This document shows, in pieces, positions 38,157 to 46,839 of a stretch of DNA of 64,000 bases (position 1 is its first letter; every line of letters starts with the position of its first letter). Location: contig DOZJ01000002.1 in the NCBI GenBank assembly GCA_003518055.1, positions 55,225 through 119,224 on the forward strand, read 5' to 3'. The stretch comes from Candidatus Falkowbacteria bacterium. GTDB taxonomy: Bacteria > Patescibacteriota > Patescibacteriia > UBA11705. A program made the translations under genes and the position numbers. The notes under the pieces were generated by a model, which had not been told where the DNA came from, ran no database searches, and worked only from the letters and a program-made list of their open reading frames with translations.

Positions 38157-38211
38157 AAACTCCCGAGAATGTCATCCTGGATGTGTTTCAGGATCTGGTC
38201 TCGGGAGTTTT
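38157..38211. terminator. Long nested hairpin ('aaaactcccgaga' ... 'tctcgggagtttt' enclosing 'atcctg...caggat')
   Basis: 12-bp outer stem with A/T runs on both sides. Between the convergent genes 37609(+) and 38242(-). Confidence 0.45.
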
Positions 38212-38241
38212 ATCAGTATCTAATCAGTTACTCTTATTATG

Positions 38242-38709
38242 TTATTCGCGAACCACGTAAGTTTTCGCGATCATGTCATGCAGGCCTTGTTTTTTCTTGG
38301 TCCAGAAAATTATCAAAAAGCCAATGCCGAGGGTGATACCGCAGACAATGCCACCAACAATTTGTCTCAGCAGGACGACCGCCCACCAATTCATCTTGTT
38401 CTCATTTGCTTCTTTGATTAATTTCAATTTCAAAGCCATCATGCCCAGTGTTTGCTGCTTCAAAGCCAAGAAACAAATCACATAAACCAATCCGATCAAG
38501 CCGCCAAGATTGTTGGTCGCGTTTTCTGACATGAATGAACCGAGGATTCCGATCACAATCCCTAGAATTATCGCATCGATAATGTAGGCCAGAAATCGAA
38601 TCCAGCCACCGGCATAATGCGGTCCGCCGAGCGCCGGTTTTGACATGTCCGGTTGAGCAGCCATTGGCGTTGCCGCCGGCATCGACCCTTGAGATCTTTG
38701 TTCGTCCAT
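38242..38709 (-). CDS. RDD family membrane protein
   Basis: 'WIRFLAYIIDAII' and C-terminal 'QGLHDMIAKTYVV' typical of RDD domains. Confidence 0.7.
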   Translation of the reverse strand: MDEQRSQGSMPAATPMAAQPDMSKPALGGPHYAGGWIRFLAYIIDAIILGIVIGILGSFMSENATNNLGGLIGLVYVICFLALKQQTLGMMALKLKLIKEANENKMNWWAVVLLRQIVGGIVCGITLGIGFLIIFWTKKKQGLHDMIAKTYVVRE

Positions 38710-39063
38710 AAGAAGTTTGATTATGATTTATTCTTACTCGTCTATTATAGCAAAAAACAATCAAACAATCCAATAATTAAAAAACCACGTGGTGACGTGA
38801 TTTATTGTTCCTTTAACAGTTGTTTAGTTTCTTCCAAGGTTTTTCTAAACGCCTTGAACAAGAACCATTTCCCGGTGAAAAAGGCCTTCCATTTGAGCCG
38901 CCGCAGGCGGCTGATTTCAGCTTCCAGATATTGTTTATATTCGTGAGCCGTCCAGAGTCCTTCGGCTTTCCTTTCCGTTTCCATTGATCATCTCTTTCCG
39001 GCTGCTGCCAGATTTTTCTTTTGTAAATGGGTGAGGTTTTACCCTGATATTAATTGTTAATTA

Positions 39064-39090
39064 AAACAAACGAGCTAACCTCGTTTGTTT
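39064..39090 (-). terminator. Hairpin 'aaacaaacgag-ctaacc-tcgtttgttt' (terminator for the minus-strand GIY-YIG gene)
   Basis: 10-bp stem. T-run on the minus strand. Confidence 0.4.
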
Positions 39091-39147
39091 CTATGTGAGT
39101 CAATAACCCCAATCGGGGCTTTGATTTTATTTTTTTCTCTCGCTGAT

Positions 39148-39432
39148 TCAATGGGTTTGACTTTCAACCAGTGTTTCTCTAATCATTTGCCTTAAAGTAG
39201 TTTTTCCTTTTGTTGTTTTAAAATATTTTTCGCGGCGCAAAGCGTCTTTTTTTGAAAGGTAGGCTTCGTAAAACACCAAAATCATTGGTAGCCTTTTGGC
39301 GGTAGAGACATTTTCGCCTCTCTGATGTTCAAGAACCCTTCGGTCAACCTCAGCCGAATATCCGATATAAAATTTATTATCCTTCAAGCTTTGAAGAACA
39401 TAAACGTAATAGAATTTTTTCACCATACTCAA
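39148..39432 (-). CDS. GIY-YIG nuclease family protein
   Basis: 'YVYVLQS...KFYIGYS...R...H' GIY-YIG core. 94 aa. Confidence 0.8.
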   Translation of the reverse strand: MSMVKKFYYVYVLQSLKDNKFYIGYSAEVDRRVLEHQRGENVSTAKRLPMILVFYEAYLSKKDALRREKYFKTTKGKTTLRQMIRETLVESQTH

Positions 39433-39493
39433 ATTGCAGTGAACCTGAAAAATAAATGGCGAGCCATGAACTCGAGCGTACGCGAGTAGTTCA

Positions 39494-39567
39494 TGGCTCG
39501 AGGCCAGGGATTCGAACCCCGATAGCTGGGACCAAAACCCAGAGTCCTACCATTAGACGAGCCTCGA
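39494..39567 (-). tRNA. tRNA-Gln (anticodon UUG)
   Basis: Hand-folded cloverleaf, 74 nt. Acceptor UCGAGGC/GCCUCGA with U1-A72 and G73 (GlnRS identity elements). D-loop AAUGGUA. Anticodon loop UUUUGGU. T-arm CGGGG-UUCGAAU-CCCUG. CCA encoded. Confidence 0.8.
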
Positions 39568-39883
39568 ATAAGTTTTCAGGTCAAACATATCCGAATCAAT
39601 GCTATCATGGCTTATTTCGTTTGTCAATCGCGGTTTTGTTTGTCGTGTATAACGGATGAGATTAAATCGGACCATAAAATTTTGTGCTGGTCGTGGATCA
39701 GTTTTATGCCGACACTGAATTTGGTTTACCCGCCAATGTTTTTACAACCAGAAAATTATTATCAAGATTTCGTATTCAATATTATAGCAGTTTTTTTTTA
39801 TTCTCCCCAAATAATATTTCCCCCGACCAGCTGGAACGATCGTATTTTTGGAGTTTAGCTATGGTTGAGTTATAATAATCAAT

Positions 39884-40249
39884 ATGAGCTACAATCAGTT
39901 AACACCTGAAGAAGAAGCGGTTATCGTTCGCAAGGGGACTGAAGCGCCATTTTCAGGGGAGTATAATGAACACTTCGCGGCCGGCAGTTATCTCTGCCGC
40001 CGCTGCGGCGCTGCACTTTATAAGTCCAAAGACAAATTCAAATCCGATTGCGGCTGGCCGAGTTTTGATGATTCTGTGCCGGGCGCGGTTGTGCGGCTGC
40101 CTGATCCCGACGGTCTGCGCGTCGAAATCCAATGCGCCAACTGCGGCGCTCATTTGGGCCATATGTTTGCCGGCGAGAACTATACCGCCAAAAACACTCG
40201 TCATTGCGTCAATTCATTATCAATGAAATTTATTCCCGCCAAAAAATAA
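39884..40249 (+). CDS. msrB: Peptide methionine-(R)-S-oxide reductase
   Basis: Two CxxC zinc pairs and 'GHMFAGE...RHCVNS'. Confidence 0.9.
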   Translation: MSYNQLTPEEEAVIVRKGTEAPFSGEYNEHFAAGSYLCRRCGAALYKSKDKFKSDCGWPSFDDSVPGAVVRLPDPDGLRVEIQCANCGAHLGHMFAGENYTAKNTRHCVNSLSMKFIPAKK

Positions 40250-40264
40250 TTAGTCAAAATATTT

Positions 40265-41872
40265 ATGTCCAAATCAACCATGGAATCGGCTGCGATGCCG
40301 GCTGCGGCCGGAGAGAAACAAGAAACTAAAAAAGAAGATCGAATTGAAACCCTGCGGGAAAAAGCGCGGGAAAGACTTTTCTGGAGTGGTGAAACGCCGG
40401 TAAATAAATCAGGGTTCTATTTGCCGACTTACATTTATCCCGATGTGGAGATCGAGCGGTCTTATGATTATGAAATAGTTCAGGAGCTGTGCGACAAAGA
40501 ATACCAATCCAGAAAGGCCTATGCATTTGATCCTAAAACCAGCGCGCTTTATTTGGTTCGAGAAAAGTTAGACCGGTATGGCGAATATTATGATGACCTA
40601 TCTGAGGATGAGATTCCGCCATCAGATCCTGTATACAAAAAAATCAAGGAAATGCATGACAAAGATATGGCGGTCTTAACGGCCAGAAATGAATTAGCCG
40701 ATGCTTTGTCCGGCGGCGATGCCCTGCTGCGAAAAATTATCAGTTTGTCTATAGCCAAAGATGGGGAAGTCCAAATCATGAGAATGCGGGGCATTGAGTT
40801 TTTCGCTGTGGGCGAAAATTCCAGTCATCGATTTTATCTCGGAGTCAAAGACGGCAAGCTGTTTAGATATGCGACTACCGGCGATGAGGTTTTTATCGAA
40901 GATCAAATCGCTGTGGCGCAAGAAGAAATTGACGCTACGGTCGAACAAGCAGAATTACTAGCGCGCATGGATGACCGTGAGTTTGAGGCGTATGTCACAA
41001 CCAAACAACAGGCCCAGACCGAAAGGCTGGCCGGATACAACCATCAGGATAATGAACGGTTTTTGCCCCAAACCATCAAGCAGATTCAGCAGGAAAAGCA
41101 GATGGCCGAATATTTGTTGACGCATAACCCAAAAAATACCTTGCAGCTTGACCGGATTGTGAAACTCATCAGGGCGCTGGCCGCTCACGTTAATGAACCT
41201 GACGCCAGAGCTGAATTGGCAGCGGTGACAAATGAACCTGAAAAAGTCGATTTTACCGCCTTGTTAGAGACCCATGCGGATGAACCGGATGATCAAATCT
41301 TGGCGGCCGCCAGAAAATGTATTAAAAAATGCCTGCCGAAAGTCAAGACTGCTGAACAGATCACCAAACTGGCCGAAGAATACCTAACCAGAAATACCTT
41401 TTCCAATTTTGGTAAAGTTGAAGATCCGGCACAAACCCAAAACAGGCTTCAAGAATTACGCGTTGGACTGGAGCATTTGCGCGTAGAGGGTGAGATGTAT
41501 CTGCAAATGACGCCGGAGGAGAAAGCTGAGCATATCTCCGGAGCTGCGGCAGCCAAAGTTGATAGATTTATTGATAGGATAAAAAGCGATTTGCGCTCCC
41601 GGTTTTATGCTGGTGATGATTATGAAAGTATTGATTTTGATCAGCCTGTAGATCCGGTAACAGAACAAATGGTGGAGCATTTTATCAGACCCGGCAGCGC
41701 TATTCATGAGATTGATGTCAACCAAGAAGAAGAAATATATATAGACCGCGGCACTTTTCTCAATTTGAAAGATTTGACCATTACCGATCCCCGAGAATTG
41801 TGGGCTGAGGCGATAGAGATAGCGACCGCTAAAATGGAGCGCTCTGAGCTTCCGGATGATGAATTAAATTAA
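40265..41872 (+). CDS. Hypothetical acidic cytoplasmic protein (535 aa) inserted between msrB and msrA
   Basis: No motifs recognised. Helical, acidic. Confidence 0.5.
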   Translation: MSKSTMESAAMPAAAGEKQETKKEDRIETLREKARERLFWSGETPVNKSGFYLPTYIYPDVEIERSYDYEIVQELCDKEYQSRKAYAFDPKTSALYLVREKLDRYGEYYDDLSEDEIPPSDPVYKKIKEMHDKDMAVLTARNELADALSGGDALLRKIISLSIAKDGEVQIMRMRGIEFFAVGENSSHRFYLGVKDGKLFRYATTGDEVFIEDQIAVAQEEIDATVEQAELLARMDDREFEAYVTTKQQAQTERLAGYNHQDNERFLPQTIKQIQQEKQMAEYLLTHNPKNTLQLDRIVKLIRALAAHVNEPDARAELAAVTNEPEKVDFTALLETHADEPDDQILAAARKCIKKCLPKVKTAEQITKLAEEYLTRNTFSNFGKVEDPAQTQNRLQELRVGLEHLRVEGEMYLQMTPEEKAEHISGAAAAKVDRFIDRIKSDLRSRFYAGDDYESIDFDQPVDPVTEQMVEHFIRPGSAIHEIDVNQEEEIYIDRGTFLNLKDLTITDPRELWAEAIEIATAKMERSELPDDELN

Positions 41873-41888
41873 CCTCTAAATCAACAAT

Positions 41889-42425
41889 ATGAAAAATGAA
41901 GCCATTGTCTTTGGCGGCGGTTGTTTCTGGTGCACTGAGGCGATCTTCCAGCTGGTCGAGGGCGTGAAAAATGTAATTCCCGGCTACACCGGCGGTCATG
42001 TCGAAGATCCAACCTACGAGCATGTTGGCAGCGGCAGCACCGGCCACGCTGAAGTGATCAAACTAGAATTTGATCCTGACGTTATTAGTCTGGAAAACTT
42101 ATTGAGGATTTTTTTTGAAGCCCACGATCCGACCGTTGAAGACAAACAAGGCCCTGACATTGGCAATCAATATCGTTCGGTTATTTTTTGGACCGACAGC
42201 AGCCAATTATCGGTGATCAAACCATTGATGATTGAATTACGCAAAAAACTAGGGCAAAAAATTGTTACGCAGGTTGAAGCCCTGACCCATTTTTATCCGG
42301 CTGAAGAATTTCATCGTGATTATTTTCACAAAAACCCCAATAAACCATATTGCGCCTTGAACATCGCACCGAAAGTTCGTAAGTTAAAAAAGTATCTTGA
42401 AGATAACGGCTGGCTGAAAAAATGA
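41889..42425 (+). CDS. msrA: Peptide methionine-(S)-S-oxide reductase
   Basis: 'AIVFGGGCFWCTEAIF' active site. Confidence 0.9.
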   Translation: MKNEAIVFGGGCFWCTEAIFQLVEGVKNVIPGYTGGHVEDPTYEHVGSGSTGHAEVIKLEFDPDVISLENLLRIFFEAHDPTVEDKQGPDIGNQYRSVIFWTDSSQLSVIKPLMIELRKKLGQKIVTQVEALTHFYPAEEFHRDYFHKNPNKPYCALNIAPKVRKLKKYLEDNGWLKK

Positions 42426-42461
42426 ATGGTAATAAAAAAGCTCACTGGATTTCAGTGAGTT

Positions 42462-43004
42462 TTATCGTTGGCACAATTGTTCCATTTTTTTCCAGAGCAT
42501 CATCAGCTTATCAAATCCAAATTCCTGCTGCACCCGCCGTTCTAATTCGCCCTGTTCCCAATACCCGAGTTCCACTAGGGCGCAGTTAAACCGGTTTTGC
42601 GGCGGCGTGACCGTGGTTTCAGCTTCGCGGCAGGGAATCGTATCGGCCACAGCCGCGATCAATTCATCAAGTGAACCGCAATATGGACAGCCGGCGCAGA
42701 GCCAGTCATTGAGCATCGCCTGATACATCCGCCGTTGATGATTTTCATACCAAAGATTGAATGAATTCGGAACCGCGTCATCAACGGAGAGTCCAAATCG
42801 GCGGCAGCAATCATCAATAAACTGCCGGCGGAAACCGTCGACTTGATCAATCACCTCCATTTGCTTTACCAGCATATCATCACTGGCGTCATCGAGCCCA
42901 GCTTGCGCCTTTGCCAGATAGACTCTCAGTCCCTCAATCATCTCAAAGAATTCTTTCTCAGTCTGTGGATCGGGAAACAGGTGTAGTGCCATGAATCCCC
43001 CCAT
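42462..43004 (-). CDS. Hypothetical protein (CxxC-containing)
   Basis: About 176-180 aa. G-rich SD. Consensus promoter upstream. GC-richer. Confidence 0.5.
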   Translation of the reverse strand: MGGFMALHLFPDPQTEKEFFEMIEGLRVYLAKAQAGLDDASDDMLVKQMEVIDQVDGFRRQFIDDCCRRFGLSVDDAVPNSFNLWYENHQRRMYQAMLNDWLCAGCPYCGSLDELIAAVADTIPCREAETTVTPPQNRFNCALVELGYWEQGELERRVQQEFGFDKLMMLWKKMEQLCQR

Positions 43005-43052
43005 TGACGGTGGTTTGTTCCGATCGGTGGTAACTGAAATTACCAGTTTTTC

Positions 43053-43081
43053 ATTTTAACATATAATGTCTACGCTGTCAA
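43053..43081 (-). promoter_or_regulatory. Consensus promoter TTGACA-17-TGtTAAAAT (minus strand)
   Basis: Reverse complement reads ttgaca-gcgtagacattatatgt-taaaat. Confidence 0.45.
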
Positions 43082-43147
43082 TTGTCGTGTCTTAAATTTT
43101 ATTCCAAAGCTTAATTAATCAGTAACAAATGACTTCATTCGGACATG

Positions 43148-43176
43148 TTGACAAATATTTTGATTAATGTTAGAAT
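43148..43176 (+). promoter_or_regulatory. Consensus promoter TTGACA-17-TGtTAGAAT
   Basis: ttgaca at 43148-43153. tagaat at 43171-43176. Confidence 0.5.
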
Positions 43177-43218
43177 CATAGCTAAATCAATCAGTCCCAC
43201 TCACCAAAGGAGCCGGTC

Positions 43219-43632
43219 ATGTCCGCTGATACTCTAGTTGGAGCTATTCTTCTTGGCCTCTTGGTTTGGTTGATAATTTATAGAGCTCGCCGGTCCCGCC
43301 GTCTGCGCGTTGATCATCTCAATCACTACACAAGGATACTTGAAGCGATTCATGACAAGGGTCACGCTGATGCCGCTGCCCGCAAGGAACGAAAATCGCA
43401 TTATGATATCAATGACTCGGAACTAAAAGGGGTAAGGCAGGAGTTGGTTGATGCTTTGAATCATAGTTATCTGAGCGGCTTTGATGATTTCAATAAGGGA
43501 AAGCCCAGTTTTTATTCTCTTTACGAGAAGCAGAATGAATTGCTCCAGCAAGAATTGGATGCCCTCAAAGCCCGGCTGGATGAGCTCCGCCATCCCAAGC
43601 CGCCGCCCAAGCAGCTCGAACTCAAATTCTAG
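43219..43632 (+). CDS. Small membrane-anchored coiled-coil protein
   Basis: N-terminal TM. SD 'aaaggag'. Leu-heptad C-terminal region. Confidence 0.5.
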   Translation: MSADTLVGAILLGLLVWLIIYRARRSRRLRVDHLNHYTRILEAIHDKGHADAAARKERKSHYDINDSELKGVRQELVDALNHSYLSGFDDFNKGKPSFYSLYEKQNELLQQELDALKARLDELRHPKPPPKQLELKF

Positions 43633-43655
43633 ACTCACATGTTGAGTCTTTTTTA
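43631..43655 (+). terminator. Rho-independent terminator (agactca-catgt-tgagtct + T6) overlapping the stop codon
   Basis: 7-bp stem and T-run. Confidence 0.65.
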
Positions 43656-43804
43656 TTAATTATTCTTTCTATTTTATTCACACCGGCGGGAGTGTCTGGT
43701 TTGAATCCGAGGAAAATCACGGTTCAACCTTCTACGTGTCTTTGCCGCTTTCGGGCATGAAAGAAAAATCCGGTGCTAAAGCCCTCGAAGCCTGAAGTTC
43801 AGAA

Positions 43805-43830
43805 CAAAAAAACCAACCTTATGTTGGTTG
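43805..43830 (-). terminator. Terminator hairpin for the minus-strand gene (aaccaac-auaag-guugguu + U7); the stop codon sits in the loop
   Basis: Reverse-complement reading. Confidence 0.5.
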
Positions 43831-45045
43831 CCCCGAATGTGTTATCGGGTAATTGACTGCGATTTTGGCTGTTTGCAGCGCTTCAATCAATTTGATGATA
43901 TTGGGGTTATCCCAATCAACAAAGAGATCAGCCGGGAAAAGGAGTTTGAGCAGCGGCAGGCTTTGCTGCAGCCGATATAGATGATGGTTTTCCGGTCCAA
44001 ACGATAGTTTCCGATTGAAGTAATGATCGAATATAAATAGTTGGACTTCCAACACTTCACCTTGAACATATACTAGAAACTGCATCTCGGGCGGTGACAC
44101 GGTGGATGAATATTCGTTGCGCCGCTTTCCTCCATGTCCATTGATTTTAACGTTTGAAATTACGGCGCCGTTGCCAAAAATTCCATGAGGTTCGGTCATC
44201 CGTTCATAGGCGGCGTTCAAATCATCTCTAGAGAAAAAGACCATCGTGATGCCGCACGCGTCATTATTGATCGGCAGCTCGGCTTTGCTCTGAACTAGGG
44301 TTTTGCGGAAATTATCTTCTTCTTTTTTAATGCGGCTGTCATACAAAACCTTGATTAGGCGGTTTTCGGTATTTATAAATCGATACCACAGCGCTAGGGT
44401 CAAACAATTTTGAGTTTCATCGCACGCGCCCAGCCCCGCAAACCGATTGAGGTTGGCCGGGTCATATCTGACCGTAATGTTTTCTCTGTAGGGTTTTTCC
44501 ACCTGCTCGGCCACAAACAGATTTTTTTCGAGCCAAAGAGTGAGACCGCTCAGCTGTCGTGAATAGTCTTTGTGGTGAATGCGCATCATGAGAAATCTGA
44601 TCCCAAGATGCCAGTAAACCAGAGCCACGAAGGATCTCATCCGTCGGTAGCGTTCATCTCCGGGCGGCCGCCAGATAATCGTCAAAATTTCGGCCGGATC
44701 AATCGTTGGGTTGATGATTCCGTCTGATGTGAACGGGAACCGAATGGCATCGGGGACAAATTCGCGAATCAAGGCTTGTTTGAAATCCTTGACCGCCGCG
44801 ATTGCCTGCCTGAAATTTTCATACAAGTATTTTTTCTCAATTTTTTCTCCGGTTGTCAGGTGCAGCCAATCAGCGATGGCTCTTCTGGCTTGGTCCGCGC
44901 TTTTTTTCTCCACTTTCTGGTATAATGAATACAGGGACCTCAGATGTGTCCACGCGATCGGATTTTCAATCCTCAGCTTGGTTTCATCAGTGAGGAACAT
45001 TTGCGTCAAGTCAGTGGGCTTGAGCAGGGGCGCTACATCTTTCAT
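43819..45045 (-). CDS. Hypothetical 408-aa protein, isolated on the minus strand; C-terminal half weakly nucleotidyltransferase (RelA/SpoT- or Pol-beta-)like
   Basis: Preferred start MKDVAPLL after SD 'aaaggagg'. 'DACGITMVFFSRDD' and 'EVQLFIFDHY' are only loosely reminiscent of the Syn2/Syn4 motifs. Confidence 0.5.
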   Translation of the reverse strand: MKDVAPLLKPTDLTQMFLTDETKLRIENPIAWTHLRSLYSLYQKVEKKSADQARRAIADWLHLTTGEKIEKKYLYENFRQAIAAVKDFKQALIREFVPDAIRFPFTSDGIINPTIDPAEILTIIWRPPGDERYRRMRSFVALVYWHLGIRFLMMRIHHKDYSRQLSGLTLWLEKNLFVAEQVEKPYRENITVRYDPANLNRFAGLGACDETQNCLTLALWYRFINTENRLIKVLYDSRIKKEEDNFRKTLVQSKAELPINNDACGITMVFFSRDDLNAAYERMTEPHGIFGNGAVISNVKINGHGGKRRNEYSSTVSPPEMQFLVYVQGEVLEVQLFIFDHYFNRKLSFGPENHHLYRLQQSLPLLKLLFPADLFVDWDNPNIIKLIEALQTAKIAVNYPITHSGQPT

Positions 45046-45089
45046 CCAGCCTCCTTTGTCCGAGCATTTTTGTGAGTTTGCCAATAATT

Positions 45090-45118
45090 ATTATATTGAA
45101 GTTATATTATTCTGTAAA
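45090..45118 (-). promoter_or_regulatory. Promoter TTTACA-17-TATAAT (minus strand)
   Basis: Reverse complement reads tttaca-gaataatataacttcaa-tataat. Confidence 0.45.
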
Positions 45119-45165
45119 GCCGGCACTTGATCTCGTCTTGCCATCAAAATTTCAACGAACAATAT

Positions 45166-46113
45166 ATGAAGTATATTTTTTCTTCAATCGGAATAGTCAT
45201 AATCTTGATTCTGATGGGATTATCTTGGGCCTTGTATCAAGATAATAGTTCAGCGGTCGTGCCGGTCACCACATTTAGTGAGTGTGCTTCAGCCGGATTT
45301 CCGGTTCTGGACGGTCCCGTGCGCAAATGCGCCATCGATGGTCGGGTTTTTATTGAAGACAGCCTTGGCGATGTTATTATCGACAAAAACGGCTCATTGG
45401 TTATTATGAAACCGCAATCAGAGCAAGTAGTGACCAGTCCGCTGGTGATTCAGGGGCGAGCGGTCAAAAGCGTCTTCACTTCCGGCGGTCTTGGTTTAGA
45501 GGTTTATGACAACGACGATGTTTTGCTTGGTCGGGATTTGCTTGATCTTGTACCCGAGGCCGCCGACGTCACCTATGGACAGTTCACCGCCGCCATTGAG
45601 CTTGAGCGGACCGATCAACCACGCGGTTATGTCATTGTTAAACCGACATCCGAGGCGGACAACAACAGCGTCGAGCCGATTATAATTCCCATTGCCTTTT
45701 CCGCCGATACCTGGCCGGCCTCAGATTTAGTTGAAACCACAATTTTCTTTCACAACCAAAGCTTGACTCCCGCTGATTCTGGTGATTGCGGTATAGTTTT
45801 CCCGGTTTTTCGTTCAGTCGCGGCGTCCGATGATTTAAGCCTCGAATCCCTGTCAGCATTGGTCAATGGACCCACTGATGAGGAGCGGGCCGCCGGATAT
45901 ACCACATCTTTCAACAGCCGTGTTGTCATTCAGGATCTGCAAATAGCCGATCGGGTAGCTTATGTTGATTTCAACGACCAATTCAGCCGTGATGTCTCGG
46001 ATGAATGCCGCGTTCAGGCTTTGACGGAGCAGGTCAAACAGACAGTGCTTCAATTTCCGGGTATTGATGACGTAAAAATTTCCGTCAATGGTCAATTTGA
46101 TGATATTTTTTAA
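45166..46113 (+). CDS. GerMN/Gmad2-domain secreted protein
   Basis: C-terminal 'VAYVDF...LTEQVKQTVLQFPGIDDVKISVNGQ' is typical of GerMN. N-terminal anchor. Paralogue of 49889..50839. Confidence 0.55.
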   Translation: MKYIFSSIGIVIILILMGLSWALYQDNSSAVVPVTTFSECASAGFPVLDGPVRKCAIDGRVFIEDSLGDVIIDKNGSLVIMKPQSEQVVTSPLVIQGRAVKSVFTSGGLGLEVYDNDDVLLGRDLLDLVPEAADVTYGQFTAAIELERTDQPRGYVIVKPTSEADNNSVEPIIIPIAFSADTWPASDLVETTIFFHNQSLTPADSGDCGIVFPVFRSVAASDDLSLESLSALVNGPTDEERAAGYTTSFNSRVVIQDLQIADRVAYVDFNDQFSRDVSDECRVQALTEQVKQTVLQFPGIDDVKISVNGQFDDIF

Positions 46114-46342
46114 CGATTGTATTGGAATCTAAACCGCCAATTGGGGCTGAGGTGTAATTTTAATCTAAGACTTTATATCGATGAGGATTAATAATCCATT
46201 TTTTTATTTTGTTAAATCTCACCAGGATCAAAAAATCAATTACCAAACGCTCCAATTTTATAATCCTCCGGTTGGCGTCTTGCCCTCACTTCTTAAAACA
46301 TGCTACAATTGAACCATTATTTATAAGTAAATTGTAATTTGT

Positions 46343-46696
46343 ATGAAAGATTTAGCGCAGATTTTTGATCGGATTCAGGAAAAAAGTAAAAAAATGAAAG
46401 ACATCAAGTCGTCCATTAGGGATGCTTTGGACACCACTCCCGGCTTCAAAGATGTGATGGAAGAACTCAAAACGATCAGGGCGCGTAAAGCCGCTTTGGA
46501 ATTGGCCGTCAAAGAGCAATTCAACGCCGAACTCGGTGAACTTGAAGAATTAAAAATCGACATTGATTCCGACCGAGAAATGCTGAGCGATTTAGCCCTG
46601 ACTCAAATGATGAAAGGGGAGACCATTGAGCTGAAAGATAAATACGATACCAGTTATGAGCCGGTTTTCAAGGTCAATTTTCGCAAACTGAATTAA
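46343..46696 (+). CDS. Hypothetical coiled-coil protein
   Basis: 117 aa. No motifs. Confidence 0.45.
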   Translation: MKDLAQIFDRIQEKSKKMKDIKSSIRDALDTTPGFKDVMEELKTIRARKAALELAVKEQFNAELGELEELKIDIDSDREMLSDLALTQMMKGETIELKDKYDTSYEPVFKVNFRKLN

Positions 46697-46710
46697 ACAT
46701 ATCAAAAAAA

Positions 46711-46733
46711 ACACTCAGCTGAGTGTTTTTTTG
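46711..46733 (+). terminator. Rho-independent terminator (acactcagctgagtgt + T7)
   Basis: Perfect palindrome and T-run. Confidence 0.7.
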
Positions 46734-46839
46734 TTTAACCGGTGAATATCATAGCTCCGGCAGTATATATCGTGATGTTTTTGAATAGTTATTTTTGTTT
46801 TGTCGCGATTTTGCTATAATAAAACCATAAACATTTCAT

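Noticed and set aside
37447-38336. ORFs 37447..38043 (-) and 37788..38336 (+)
   Set aside because: Alternative-frame ORFs generated by the high GC of the 37609..38031 gene, with no expression signals.
39843-39886. Possible leaderless promoter for msrB (tataat 9 nt before the ATG)
   Set aside because: The -35 is poor (tttgga) and the evidence is too thin to call.
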